Assembly: GCA_963422735.1 (NCBI GenBank)
Contig: OY730476.1
Location: 736,001 to 800,000 of the forward strand
Direction: 5' to 3'
Length of the DNA stretch: 64,000 nucleotides
Source: Candidatus Latescibacterota bacterium
GTDB taxonomy: Bacteria > Latescibacterota > UBA2968 > UBA8231
Shown: one piece after another, positions 55,515 through 64,000 of the stretch
How positions within the stretch are numbered: the first letter of the stretch is position 1
Layout of the letters: every line of letters starts with the position of its first letter
The notes under the pieces: generated by a model
What the model was told of the DNA's origin: nothing
Databases searched by the model: none
The model's input: the letters and a program-made list of their open reading frames with translations, nothing else
Translations under genes and position numbers: made by a program

Positions 55515-56282
55515 CTAATCCAGATGCCCCATGATGGACGCAAAGAGATGCCCGTTGGAAGAGAAGGCGTCTTTGCCGTATATAGTCGGCACCCCTTGCC
55601 AATCGGTAAAGGTGCCTCCGGCTTCCTCTAAAATCGGCAGCAATGGCCCGCAATCCCACGGATTCATAATGGGGTCAAAGCTGGCCTCGGCCCGGCCGGT
55701 AGCCACGAGTATGTGGCCATAGCAATCGCCCCATCCCCGGTGTAGTTGGGTGCTGGCGACTAGCCGCCGCCACTCCTGTTCGCGGCCTTGTTCGGCAAAG
55801 CTCGGCCACGACGTATAGCAGATACAAGCTTGGCCTAGCTCGGCTTGAGCGGACACCGCCGCCCGCCTACCATTCCACCAACACCCCTCGCCTCTAGCGG
55901 CCCACACCATCTCGCCAAGGGCCGGCATATAGCAACAGCCTACATCAACCCCATCCGGCCCTTCCCGCGCGATGAGCACTCCGTAGAGCGGCACCCCTTG
56001 GACAAAAGACTTCGTACCGTCTATGGGATCGATAATCCAGCGCGTGCCGGAGCTTCCCTCAACTTGGCCAAATTCTTCGCCGACAATCCCGTCGTCGGGA
56101 TAGGCTTTGGCCAACAAGTCCCGTATCTTGGCCTCAGCTTCGCGATCGGCGACGGTCACCGGCGATAGATCTTCTTTCCACTCGGCGCGGATGCCCGACT
56201 GGAAGTAGCGCAAGGTGATCTTGCCCGCTTGCCAAGCCGCATCTACTGCAAAATCCAAACAGCTCCGCAGCGACGCGCTCAA
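55515..56282 (-). CDS. hisN: Histidinol-phosphatase (inositol monophosphatase family)
   Basis: SPVTVADREAE, GEEFG, WIIDPIDGTKSF, GWGDCYG, PWD, EAGG.FTD. Confidence 0.8.
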   Translation of the reverse strand: MSASLRSCLDFAVDAAWQAGKITLRYFQSGIRAEWKEDLSPVTVADREAEAKIRDLLAKAYPDDGIVGEEFGQVEGSSGTRWIIDPIDGTKSFVQGVPLYGVLIAREGPDGVDVGCCYMPALGEMVWAARGEGCWWNGRRAAVSAQAELGQACICYTSWPSFAEQGREQEWRRLVASTQLHRGWGDCYGHILVATGRAEASFDPIMNPWDCGPLLPILEEAGGTFTDWQGVPTIYGKDAFSSNGHLFASIMGHLD

Positions 56283-57115
56283 CCCAAAATCTCTCGGCGT
56301 AGGTCGGTAAGTAGCTGCAGGGCCGCACGGATATCCCCGACTTGATCCGGGGCGTATTCGCGCTCAATGGTCAGCGGCCCCTCGTACCCCAAATCGCGCA
56401 ACTTCAAGAGGAATGCCCTGATGTCGACGTCTCCTTGACCAAGCGGTGCATCCTCGTACCACGGCTGGTCCGGGCGGCGCTCGATTGCGGCGTCTTTGCA
56501 ATGCACACTGCGGACAAAGCGACCCACCCGATCCAATGCTTCTAGGGGTGGGCCGGCATGGTAGAGGATCATATTGGCCGGATCGAAATTGACCGCAAGG
56601 TTCTCGCGACCGACAGCCTCGATAAAGGCGAGAAGCTCGTCAGCAGTCTCCTGACCGGTTTCTAAGTGAAAATACTGGCCGTGCCCCCGGCAGTAATCGC
56701 ACACCGTGCGCGCAACTTCGACGACCGCGGCAAAATCCGGATCCGATGGATCCTCTGGCACAAAACCCAAGTGCATGCCGATAGCATCTACTCCTAGCGC
56801 CGCGGCAAAGTCCGCGATGGCCAAGGTCTCTTCGAGCCGATGCTCCCGGCGCTCTAAAGGCACGAGCCCGACCGTTTGCTGGGCAATCTCCGGCGTGGTG
56901 TAATCGTCGTCGGGAAAACCGGCGAAAACCACGCTGATTCCGATCCCGGCCGCGGCGAACTGGTCCTTGATTTCCGCGGTTTTCTCTGCGGTGCGAAAAT
57001 CGCGGCCCGGGGCGTGCAGATGCACGGTGGAAACCCCTAACTCCTTCACCGAATCCAATCCAGCCCCTAAGCCCTCGTCAATGGAGGTAAATATGCCTGT
57101 TGCCCATTTGTCCAT
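56279..57115 (-). CDS. Sugar phosphate isomerase/epimerase (TIM barrel)
   Basis: HLGFVP, LETGQE, VNFDPAN, VHCKD, LTIERE; ATG 57115 with GGAG SD. Confidence 0.88.
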   Translation of the reverse strand: MDKWATGIFTSIDEGLGAGLDSVKELGVSTVHLHAPGRDFRTAEKTAEIKDQFAAAGIGISVVFAGFPDDDYTTPEIAQQTVGLVPLERREHRLEETLAIADFAAALGVDAIGMHLGFVPEDPSDPDFAAVVEVARTVCDYCRGHGQYFHLETGQETADELLAFIEAVGRENLAVNFDPANMILYHAGPPLEALDRVGRFVRSVHCKDAAIERRPDQPWYEDAPLGQGDVDIRAFLLKLRDLGYEGPLTIEREYAPDQVGDIRAALQLLTDLRREILG

Positions 57116-57144
57116 TTGGTTTTCTCCATTTGGTTGCAGACAAA

Positions 57145-57354
57145 TTAAAAGAGGAGACAGCCAAGCCATCCCCTCTCTGGTAAATCCACGCGCTGCTTAC
57201 ACCTCCTCGCACGCTCTTCCTTTTCGTTGCGCCGCGTTCCCTCGGCCTGGGCAGCGTCCAAAACGGCCCGCACCCGCTGGCGAAAATTTTTGATCTGATT
57301 GTCAACTTCGTCTATGGAATTCAGCAGATCCTCCTCAATTACATCTTCTGACAT
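57145..57354 (-). CDS. Small coiled-coil hypothetical protein
   Basis: AGGAG SD, 69 aa, fills the gap between sigma factor and epimerase genes. Confidence 0.65.
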   Translation of the reverse strand: MSEDVIEEDLLNSIDEVDNQIKNFRQRVRAVLDAAQAEGTRRNEKEERARRCKQRVDLPERGWLGCLLF

Positions 57355-57405
57355 GGCGTACTCCTGCGACTTTTGGGGAGCAGGGGAGCCTGTTGGGGGT
57401 CGTCT

Positions 57406-58266
57406 TCAAACGCGGCTGTAGGAACGCAGATGATCGCAGCGGCTGGGATGCCGCAACCGGTGTAGCGCTTTCTCCTTGAGCTGCCTGACTCGCTCGCGCG
57501 TAAGCCCAAAGCGCATACCGATCTGGTCCAAGGTCATAGGCTCTTCCCCGTTCAACCCAAAATAGAGGCGGAGAATTTCGGCCTCGCGCCCGATGAGCCG
57601 GCTTAGGACCGAGTCAATCTGCCTGCGCAGACAGCCGCGCATCACTTGGTTTTCAGGGGACTCTTGGCGTTCGTCTGGCAGCACATCAAGCAGACTATGA
57701 TCTTCTTCGCCGAGAAAGGCCGCGTCGAGCGACCGCGTCGAGCGACCGCACATCAAGGTCTCCTTGACCTCTTCAACCGGAATATCGAGCTGCTCGGCGA
57801 TAGCTTCCGGGTGGGGATCGTCAGTGCGCTCTTGCTGCAAGATGCGGGACGCCTTGGATATCTTGTAGAGCAAGCCGATTTTGTTCAGCGGCAGGCGGAC
57901 CGTGCGCGACTGCTCGGCCAGCGTCTGTAGGATAGCCTGGCGGATCCACCAAACCGCATAGGAGATGAATTTGAAGCCCTTGTCTTCGTCAAAGCGCTCG
58001 GCGGCCGTGATCAAGCCCATGTTCCCAGCACTAACCAAATCGGCGAGGGGGACGCCGCGATTTTGGTATTCCTTTGCCACGCTAACTACAAAGCGCAAAT
58101 TCGCTTCGACCAATCTATTGCGGGCGTGTTCATCCCCTTGCTTGATCTTTCGCGCCAGATTGGCCTCGTCGGCCGGGGAGAGAGGCTTGGAATGCGCAAT
58201 TTCGGCCAGATAGCTCCCGAGACAATCTTCCATATCCCAAAATGGAGCTTTAGTCATCCCTGCCAT
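57406..58266 (-). CDS. RNA polymerase sigma-70 factor (short RpoD/SigA family)
   Basis: LVEANLRFVVSVAK, GFKFISYAVWWIRQAI, RTVRLP, LTRERVRQLKEKAL; lacks region 1.1. Confidence 0.93.
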   Translation of the reverse strand: MAGMTKAPFWDMEDCLGSYLAEIAHSKPLSPADEANLARKIKQGDEHARNRLVEANLRFVVSVAKEYQNRGVPLADLVSAGNMGLITAAERFDEDKGFKFISYAVWWIRQAILQTLAEQSRTVRLPLNKIGLLYKISKASRILQQERTDDPHPEAIAEQLDIPVEEVKETLMCGRSTRSLDAAFLGEEDHSLLDVLPDERQESPENQVMRGCLRRQIDSVLSRLIGREAEILRLYFGLNGEEPMTLDQIGMRFGLTRERVRQLKEKALHRLRHPSRCDHLRSYSRV

Positions 58267-58386
58267 GGAACCATCCTCTTCGTTTAAAAGTGGGGAGGAA
58301 AAGGAAAGCTACACATGCTTGAAACTAAAAATGTGTTATAAACTTAGCCGGGGCCACAAAACCTGTCAAGCAATTTCGCCAAGCCC

Positions 58387-59100
58387 CTACGCCTCTGTAA
58401 ATGCGCTTAAAACAGAATGTTGCACGGCCAGTAAGTGCTCTATGCCCACAGCCGCCAAGTCGAGTAACTCAACGGCTTGTGCGCGAGTAAAGGGACGACC
58501 CTCGGCCGTGCCTTGGACTTCGACGATCCCCCCCGAGCCGGTCATAACGACGTTCATATCGGTTTCGGCGCGGCGATCTTCCTCATAGCACAGATCCAAT
58601 AGGAGCTGGTCCCTTACTACCCCGACGCTGACGGCGGCGACCCGATCTACGAGCACATCGCCTTGCAGCGTCTGCAGCGCCTCTACTAAAGCCACATAAG
58701 CCCCTGTTATTGAAGCTGTGCGCGTTCCGCCATCCGCCTGTATGACATCGCAATCGACATACAGTGTCCGCTCGCCGATTTGCTCCAAATTCACTACAGT
58801 TCGCAGCGAGCGGCCTATCAGACGCTGAATTTCCCGCGCCCGGCTGTTGGACTCGCGGGGGACTCGGCGTGCAGAGGATCCCGGCAGCATGCTGTACTCC
58901 GCGGTCAGCCAGCCCTTGCCGGTCCCTACCAGAAAGGGCGGTACCTCATCGACAGGCGATACCGTGCAGAGCACTTTTGTATCGCCCATTTCGATCAGAG
59001 CCGAGCCAGCCGCCGTTTTCAGGTACCTTGGGGAAATCTGCACCGGTCGCAATTGGGCGGACCGGCGTCCATCGCTGCGCTCCCAGCTTGTCTCACGCAT
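58387..59100 (-). CDS. rph: Ribonuclease PH
   Basis: RSDGR, WLTAEYSMLP, EIQRLIGRSLR, DVIQADGGTRTASITG, EVQGTAE. Confidence 0.95.
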   Translation of the reverse strand: MRETSWERSDGRRSAQLRPVQISPRYLKTAAGSALIEMGDTKVLCTVSPVDEVPPFLVGTGKGWLTAEYSMLPGSSARRVPRESNSRAREIQRLIGRSLRTVVNLEQIGERTLYVDCDVIQADGGTRTASITGAYVALVEALQTLQGDVLVDRVAAVSVGVVRDQLLLDLCYEEDRRAETDMNVVMTGSGGIVEVQGTAEGRPFTRAQAVELLDLAAVGIEHLLAVQHSVLSAFTEA

Positions 59101-59923
59101 TGAGGTGCTTCCGATAGTCAGGGCCATTCATGGGGACGAGTTGGCACATCTCTACTAGGCGCGAGTAAATGCGGCCCTTGGCGAGATCCTCCAGTTCGTC
59201 GAGGGGCTGGTTGGTGGTCACGACCGTGAACCGTTGGTCGCCGTAGCGGGCATCTACGAGATCGTAAAGCATTTCTATTTCCCACTCGGTCCCCCGCTGG
59301 ATGCCAAAGTCGTCCAAGACGAGGTAGGGCATAGTGCACAACTCTTCGAGAATTTGCCAAGTGTGGCCATAGCGCTCGCTGTCGGCTGAATAGGTATCGC
59401 GCAACTTCTTAAAGTACGTGCGCGACAGACTGAGAAAGCGGCCCGGTTTGGTCCAGCGCAACATGAGTTCGTTGACTGCAATGCAGCCCATCAAGGTCTT
59501 GCCCGTGCCGGGATTTCCGTGGAGGAGATAGCCGCGCTTAGGCTCTTCCGCCGCTTCGATCAGGTCTTGATGAATGCGGAGATAGACCGTGCCCGCTAGG
59601 TCGATGCGGATCCCGTCTGGTGCCGCCATTCGGAAGTCGTCGACGAACTTCCACTTGTAGCGCTCGGGGATATCGGCCTGGCGAAACAGGCGGTTGGTTT
59701 CCGTCATTTTGCGGCGATAGGGACGGCAGGGACACCACTGGTTGCGCGAATCTTCGTCCCAGTACTGGTAGGGTGCCCTCCCCCCGCAGCGGCACTCGAC
59801 GCACTCCTCGCAAAGCCGAAGCGTACCATAGCGGCCCACCTCGACTATCGGGTCGTAGTACAGGCATCCACCGCCGCATTTATAACAGCGCGTCGCTTCC
59901 CGATTGGACGCGGGTACACTCAC
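59093..59923 (-). CDS. DnaC/IstB-like AAA+ ATPase with Cys-rich N-terminus
   Basis: [22 protein letters not shown]...TVVTTN, RIYSRL.EM, GPDYR. Confidence 0.88.
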   Translation of the reverse strand: MSVPASNREATRCYKCGGGCLYYDPIVEVGRYGTLRLCEECVECRCGGRAPYQYWDEDSRNQWCPCRPYRRKMTETNRLFRQADIPERYKWKFVDDFRMAAPDGIRIDLAGTVYLRIHQDLIEAAEEPKRGYLLHGNPGTGKTLMGCIAVNELMLRWTKPGRFLSLSRTYFKKLRDTYSADSERYGHTWQILEELCTMPYLVLDDFGIQRGTEWEIEMLYDLVDARYGDQRFTVVTTNQPLDELEDLAKGRIYSRLVEMCQLVPMNGPDYRKHLNA

Positions 59924-60399
59924 CGATGTTGCTCCTTGAGGGCCCGGTCGACATCGCGGTCGGCCTGGCGTTGGGCCAAAGCCTGGCGCTTGTCGAACTG
60001 CTTCTTGCCGCGGACCAGTGCCAGCTCCACCTTGGCCCTGCCGCGCTTGAAGTAGATCTTCAGCGGCACTAAAGTAAGGCCCTGTTGTTGCGTCCTCCCC
60101 GTCAGTCTGCGGATTTCGCTGCGGTGCAAGAGCAATTTGCGCACGCGCTCCGGGTCGTGGTTGAAATTATTGCCTTGCTCGTATTGGGCAATGTGGACAT
60201 TGTGCAGAAAAATTTCGCCTCGTTCAACTAAAGCAAAGCTATCCTTGAGATTGGCGCGCCCAGCGCGCAGCGACTTGACTTCTGTGCCGCGCAAGACAAT
60301 GCCGGTCTCATAGCGGCCCGTTACCTCGTAATCGTGCCGGGCTTTGCGGTTTTGTACGGCGACGAACTCGCGCTTGGCACCACTTTCCGTTTTGGCCAT
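59920..60399 (-). CDS. smpB: SsrA-binding protein
   Basis: [30 protein letters not shown]. Confidence 0.97.
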   Translation of the reverse strand: MAKTESGAKREFVAVQNRKARHDYEVTGRYETGIVLRGTEVKSLRAGRANLKDSFALVERGEIFLHNVHIAQYEQGNNFNHDPERVRKLLLHRSEIRRLTGRTQQQGLTLVPLKIYFKRGRAKVELALVRGKKQFDKRQALAQRQADRDVDRALKEQHR

Positions 60400-60471
60400 A
60401 ACCCGCCTATTTTCACTAAGAGAACGGGCTTGACGGCTGCAAGCCCTGCATTTAATTTGTGCTGTTCAGTT

Positions 60472-60558
60472 GCCGAAGTGGCGAAATTGGTAGACGCGCA
60501 TGGTTCAGGACCATGTGGGGGCAACCCCGTGGAGGTTCGAGTCCTCTCTTCGGCACCA
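60472..60558 (+). tRNA. tRNA-Leu(CAG)
   Basis: GCCGAAGTGGCGAAATTGGTAGACGCG-CATGG-TTCAGGA-CCATG, long variable arm, GGTTCGAGTCC, ends CGGCACCA. Confidence 0.97.
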
Positions 60559-60683
60559 CTTTTTGCTTCTATCCCCTGACCGATTTAATCTACACGCCTC
60601 GTTCCAACCCGCGCAAGGGACTGACTGCACACGCAGCAGCCTGCCTTTTCTATTTATATATCAACCTGCGAAAGGATGTCTCT

Positions 60684-61061
60684 ATGGCTCGCTTCCTGCA
60701 CACCCGCATCCGCGTCGGCGATCTCGAGCGCTCTATTGAGTGGTACTGCACTCACCTTGGCCTTGAGGTCCGGAGCCGCTCCGACAAATCGCCCGCTGGC
60801 AACCAAATCGTCCATCTCGAGCTGCCCGGCAATGAACACACCCTAGAATTGACCTATTCCGCCGATTACCAGCTCGCCGTCCCCGAAGATCTCATGCACC
60901 TCGCGATCGCGGTTCCCGACTTGATCGGCTTTTGCGACACATTGGAAAACAACGGGATCGAAATATGGCCTAGCGATTGGCGCACAACCTTCCCCACCGG
61001 CCGCAAGATGGCCTTTATCGACGATCCCGACGGTTACGAGATCGAGCTACTCGAAGGTTGA
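60684..61061 (+). CDS. VOC family / lactoylglutathione lyase-like protein
   Basis: FLHTRIRVGDLERSI, LELTY, HLAI, AFIDDPDGYEIEL; ATG 60684 with AAGGA SD. Confidence 0.88.
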   Translation: MARFLHTRIRVGDLERSIEWYCTHLGLEVRSRSDKSPAGNQIVHLELPGNEHTLELTYSADYQLAVPEDLMHLAIAVPDLIGFCDTLENNGIEIWPSDWRTTFPTGRKMAFIDDPDGYEIELLEG

Positions 61062-62506
61062 TTTAACTTTTCCTTGCCGCGCAAGTACTGAGGTAAGTAG
61101 GCGTCAATGAAGTCCCGAGCTGTCCGGCCTCCGACTAAATCGTGGTTGTGTCGCATCCGCCAAACCTCGAAAGCGGCCAATACGTCTTCTTCCGACAGGT
61201 CGATCCCCGCCCGGCGCGCATAGGACATGACCATGGCGCGATATTGCTGCTTGCTAGGCAGATCGAGGAAGACCTTGAGGGCAAAACGGTCGTCGAGCGC
61301 CCGCTCCTGATCGAGGCGTTGCAGTTGTTGGGGGTCGTAGAATTCGGCCTGAATGCCTTGGTTGACTCGGTTGGGTCGCTCGTCGTCTAGCTGCATTTGG
61401 CCCAGCCCTTGCGGGCGTTCGCCCTCCCGGTCAACTAGGTCCTTGTAGTTAGAGGTCGCATAGAAGACCAAGTTGTCCGGGCACACTTCTAGCCCCCCAT
61501 CGAGCACCCGCGAGAGCAGGTGCAAGCTGTTGTCGCCCCGGCCCAAGGACACATTGTCCAGTACGCCCACAAAGCACTGGCGACGCCCCCGGACGAGGGC
61601 AAAGAGATCGGGCAAGAGATGGTAGCAAGAAGGGGCGATCTCGATGGCGCGCAGACCGCGATTAAAAAACTGACCCACTAAGGCCCGTATCAGCGTCGAT
61701 TTACCGCCGCCCCGCGGTCCCCAGATCAGCGCGTTATGCGCCCGATAACCCGCGAGGAAATGGCGCGTGTTTTCCACAAGGACTTGGATTCTCGCTTCAT
61801 TGCCCTCTAGCCAGCCGAGGGGAAATTCCGCGAAGTGGCGGATGGGTTCCAAAATCGGCTTGGCCTCCCTGCCGACCAAGCGAAAGGCCGAAAATCGGCG
61901 CAGCGCACCCTGCCCGTGCTCGTGTATCAAGCCTCCGAGCGCTCCAGCCAACCTAGCCCAATCCTCGCTGCGGGCAAAACGCTCTTTTAGTTGACCAACA
62001 GCCACGGGTTCCACCCCATCCTCGGGCACGAGGGCCAAAGGCTCCGCGTCGCCGCCGATCAGCCGCAGCCATATCCCCCAGCGGGGGCGGGCCAAGGCCG
62101 CCGCACTTTGCAAGTCGCGGCACGCAACCTGGCGCAGCGCGGTGGGAACATCTGCTGGAGATTGCTCTTCGCAAGCGCGCAAAAACGGATGTCGGCCATT
62201 GAGGATCCGGTTGAGCAACAGCCCTTGTAAATCCGGCGCACCACCACCCCAATCGCCGTTGAGTGCCGCTGCGAGGAGCGCATCTGAGCAACGCTGATGT
62301 TGCATGGCCAATTCGTCCGCAGTGCGTTGCGCCTCTTTACCGGCCACTAGCCTATCGGCACATGCCTGCGCGCAGCGCAGCAAGGAACGCAACGGATCCA
62401 TCTCGGCGGGCTCGAGCAACCGACTGAAGGAGGAAAGCCGATCTAAGGCCGCGAGCATGGCTTTGACTTGATCGGCGATCTGTAGAGCCTCTTCTCTCCT
62501 TGTCAT
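61034..62506 (-). CDS. DUF815-like AAA+ ATP-binding protein with N-terminal extension
   Basis: ENTRHFLAG..AHNALIWGPRGGGKS, LDGGLE..PDN..FYATSN, LDDRF, GRTARDF. Confidence 0.82.
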   Translation of the reverse strand: MTRREEALQIADQVKAMLAALDRLSSFSRLLEPAEMDPLRSLLRCAQACADRLVAGKEAQRTADELAMQHQRCSDALLAAALNGDWGGGAPDLQGLLLNRILNGRHPFLRACEEQSPADVPTALRQVACRDLQSAAALARPRWGIWLRLIGGDAEPLALVPEDGVEPVAVGQLKERFARSEDWARLAGALGGLIHEHGQGALRRFSAFRLVGREAKPILEPIRHFAEFPLGWLEGNEARIQVLVENTRHFLAGYRAHNALIWGPRGGGKSTLIRALVGQFFNRGLRAIEIAPSCYHLLPDLFALVRGRRQCFVGVLDNVSLGRGDNSLHLLSRVLDGGLEVCPDNLVFYATSNYKDLVDREGERPQGLGQMQLDDERPNRVNQGIQAEFYDPQQLQRLDQERALDDRFALKVFLDLPSKQQYRAMVMSYARRAGIDLSEEDVLAAFEVWRMRHNHDLVGGRTARDFIDAYLPQYLRGKEKLNQPSSSSIS

Positions 62507-62714
62507 TTCAATATGAAACCTATATATGATCTCTGGCCTAGCCCCAAAGAAATGCACATCGCACTACACTAACAGATTCTCATCGCCCTCATCGCCGGAG
62601 CATAGGATCGGCGGCCCTACACTCCGCATTTGTGCATGCTTTTCATCAAGACCCTAAAGAATGTATCGCCCGACAGTAAACGTCTGGAGGGCAGTCGTTA
62701 GCGAGGAAATGAAC

Positions 62715-62788
62715 TACCCCCGGGCGGATTCGAACCGCCGACCCACAGATTAGGAATCTGTTGCTCTATCCTGCTGAGCTACGGGGGC
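62715..62788 (-). tRNA. tRNA-Arg(CCT), CCA not encoded
   Basis: GCCCCCGTAGCTCAGCAGGATAGAGCA-ACAGA-TTCCTAA-TCTGT...GGTTCGAATCC...CGGGGGTA. Confidence 0.95.
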
Positions 62789-62967
62789 TATAGGAGGGAC
62801 GCTATCATACGATTAATACAATACCGCGAGCGGCCCAAAGTCAAATGCCTAGATCCGGGTTTTTTATTGCATCTGTTGACACCAACTTAAACTGGCCTAA
62901 TTTACAAGACTGTTTTGGTCAGAAGAGCTAAGACTGGCTTTCTACAACCTCAGCTAAACTGAAAAAT

Positions 62968-63624
62968 ATGGCTCAAGTATTCCCGCGCAGTGCTAACTGG
63001 GCTTCTAAGGCCAGCATCCTCGTCGGCCTCGTCCTAGGCGCTAGTATCCTCGGTATCGTACTCAACATCAATCGCATTTACTTCGTCAACCAAGTCAACG
63101 TGGCCGTTGATCAGCCCGTTCCCTTCAGCCACAAACACCACGTCACCGGCATGGGCATCGACTGCCGCTACTGCCATACTACCGTCGAGGTAAGTGCTTT
63201 TGCCGGCGTTCCCCCGACCGAAACCTGCATGACCTGCCACTCGCAGATCTGGACCGAAGCCCCCATTCTCGAACCCGTGCGCGCCAGCTTCCGAGACAAC
63301 GTACCCATTGAGTGGAATCGCGTCCACGACTTGCCCGACTTCGCCTATTTCAACCACAGCATCCACGTCAACCAAGGCATTGGCTGCCAGTCGTGCCACG
63401 GCCAAGTCGATCAAATGCCCCTGATGTGGAAAGCCGAATCCCTGAATATGGAGTGGTGCCTCGACTGCCACCGCGATCCCGCCCAGCACATCCGCCCACG
63501 CGACCAAGTCTTTAACATGAACTACCAGTATCCAGCCGATCAGGAAAGCTTGGGCACCCAACTCGTCGCTGAATACGGCGTACAGACCAGCCAACTCACC
63601 AACTGCTCTATCTGCCACCGCTAA
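62968..63624 (+). CDS. actA: Alternative complex III pentaheme cytochrome c subunit
   Basis: N-terminal TM, QPVPFSHKHH, five CxxCH (CRYCH, CMTCH, CQSCH, CLDCH, CSICH). Confidence 0.92.
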   Translation: MAQVFPRSANWASKASILVGLVLGASILGIVLNINRIYFVNQVNVAVDQPVPFSHKHHVTGMGIDCRYCHTTVEVSAFAGVPPTETCMTCHSQIWTEAPILEPVRASFRDNVPIEWNRVHDLPDFAYFNHSIHVNQGIGCQSCHGQVDQMPLMWKAESLNMEWCLDCHRDPAQHIRPRDQVFNMNYQYPADQESLGTQLVAEYGVQTSQLTNCSICHR

Positions 63625-63626
63625 AC

Positions 63627-64000
63627 ATGGAAACCAGAAAAAACATCGATCTCTCGGCCATCCGAGCCCGCCTCGAAGCCGCACAGGGCCAAGAGTACTG
63701 GCGCAGCTTGGACCAATTGGCTCAGACCGAAGAATTCGCCGCCATGGTCCAGCGCGAGTTCCCCGAGCAAGCTGCCGAGTTGAAGGATCCGGTAAGTCGG
63801 CGGAATTTCCTCAAGCTCATGAGTGCATCGCTGGCACTAGGCGGGCTTTCGAGCTGCACGATTCAGCCCAGCGAAAAAATCGTCCCCCAAGTCCGGGGCC
63901 CCGAAGACGTCATCCCCGGCAAGCCTCAGTACTTTGCTTCAGCCGCCGCGCTCGGCGGTATTGGCATGGGCATCCTAGTCGAGAGCCACATGGGACGACC
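63627..64000 (+). CDS. actB: Alternative complex III subunit ActB (3'-truncated by window edge)
   Basis: My translation: METRKNID...YWRSLDQL...REFPE...SRRNFLKLMSASLALGGLSSC...IVP.V..PE..IPGKPQYFAS...VESHMGRP; TAT-like signal directly after actA. Confidence 0.9.
   Translation, partial: METRKNIDLSAIRARLEAAQGQEYWRSLDQLAQTEEFAAMVQREFPEQAAELKDPVSRRNFLKLMSASLALGGLSSCTIQPSEKIVPQVRGPEDVIPGKPQYFASAAALGGIGMGILVESHMGR

Noticed and set aside
60459-60683. N-terminal extension of the VOC protein
   Set aside because: Overlaps tRNA-Leu; ATG 60684 is the plausible start.
22964-62788. tRNA-Gly, tRNA-Leu and tRNA-Arg as island integration sites
   Set aside because: No duplicated tRNA 3' ends or adjacent integrases seen in the window.
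1-64000. CRISPR array, rRNA, tmRNA or riboswitch
   Set aside because: No regularly spaced repeat-spacer pattern or recognisable structured RNA beyond three tRNAs and the rimP leader; intergenic gaps are short.

Overview
A GC-rich bacterial chromosomal window made up mostly of housekeeping genes. Gene content (HprK, short FCB-type sigma-70, DUF512-der, alternative complex III) suggests an FCB-group organism such as Latescibacterota or Gemmatimonadota; this taxonomy is inference. It holds rsgA-hprK-mutL, leuS, asnS, the rimP-nusA-infB-rbfA-truB-rpsO-pnp operon, der, miaA, rqcH, valS, murQ, hemL, gcvT/gcvP, clpP/clpX, epmA, trxA, holA, rph, smpB, three tRNAs and the start of actAB. No CRISPR array, prophage or intact IS was seen. 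The strongest signal is a lone tyrosine recombinase (5627-6607) preceded by a near-symmetric dif-like site (15-bp arms, 6-bp spacer, 5565-5600) that overlaps its own -10 box. Gene orientation, sampled GC skew and KOPS-like octamers appear to switch polarity there, so it is a candidate single-recombinase (XerS/XerH-like) chromosome dimer resolution module. Other oddities: a RibF reduced to its kinase half plus a distant archaeal-type RibL, an apparently non-canonical rimP start, an Asp-rich 19-aa ORF before hemL, an FtsH-anchor/SHOCT chimera, EpmA with an OB-fold, an AI-2E transporter with an inserted Ig-like domain, and several short duplications. All family calls come from motif recognition by eye, not database searches.
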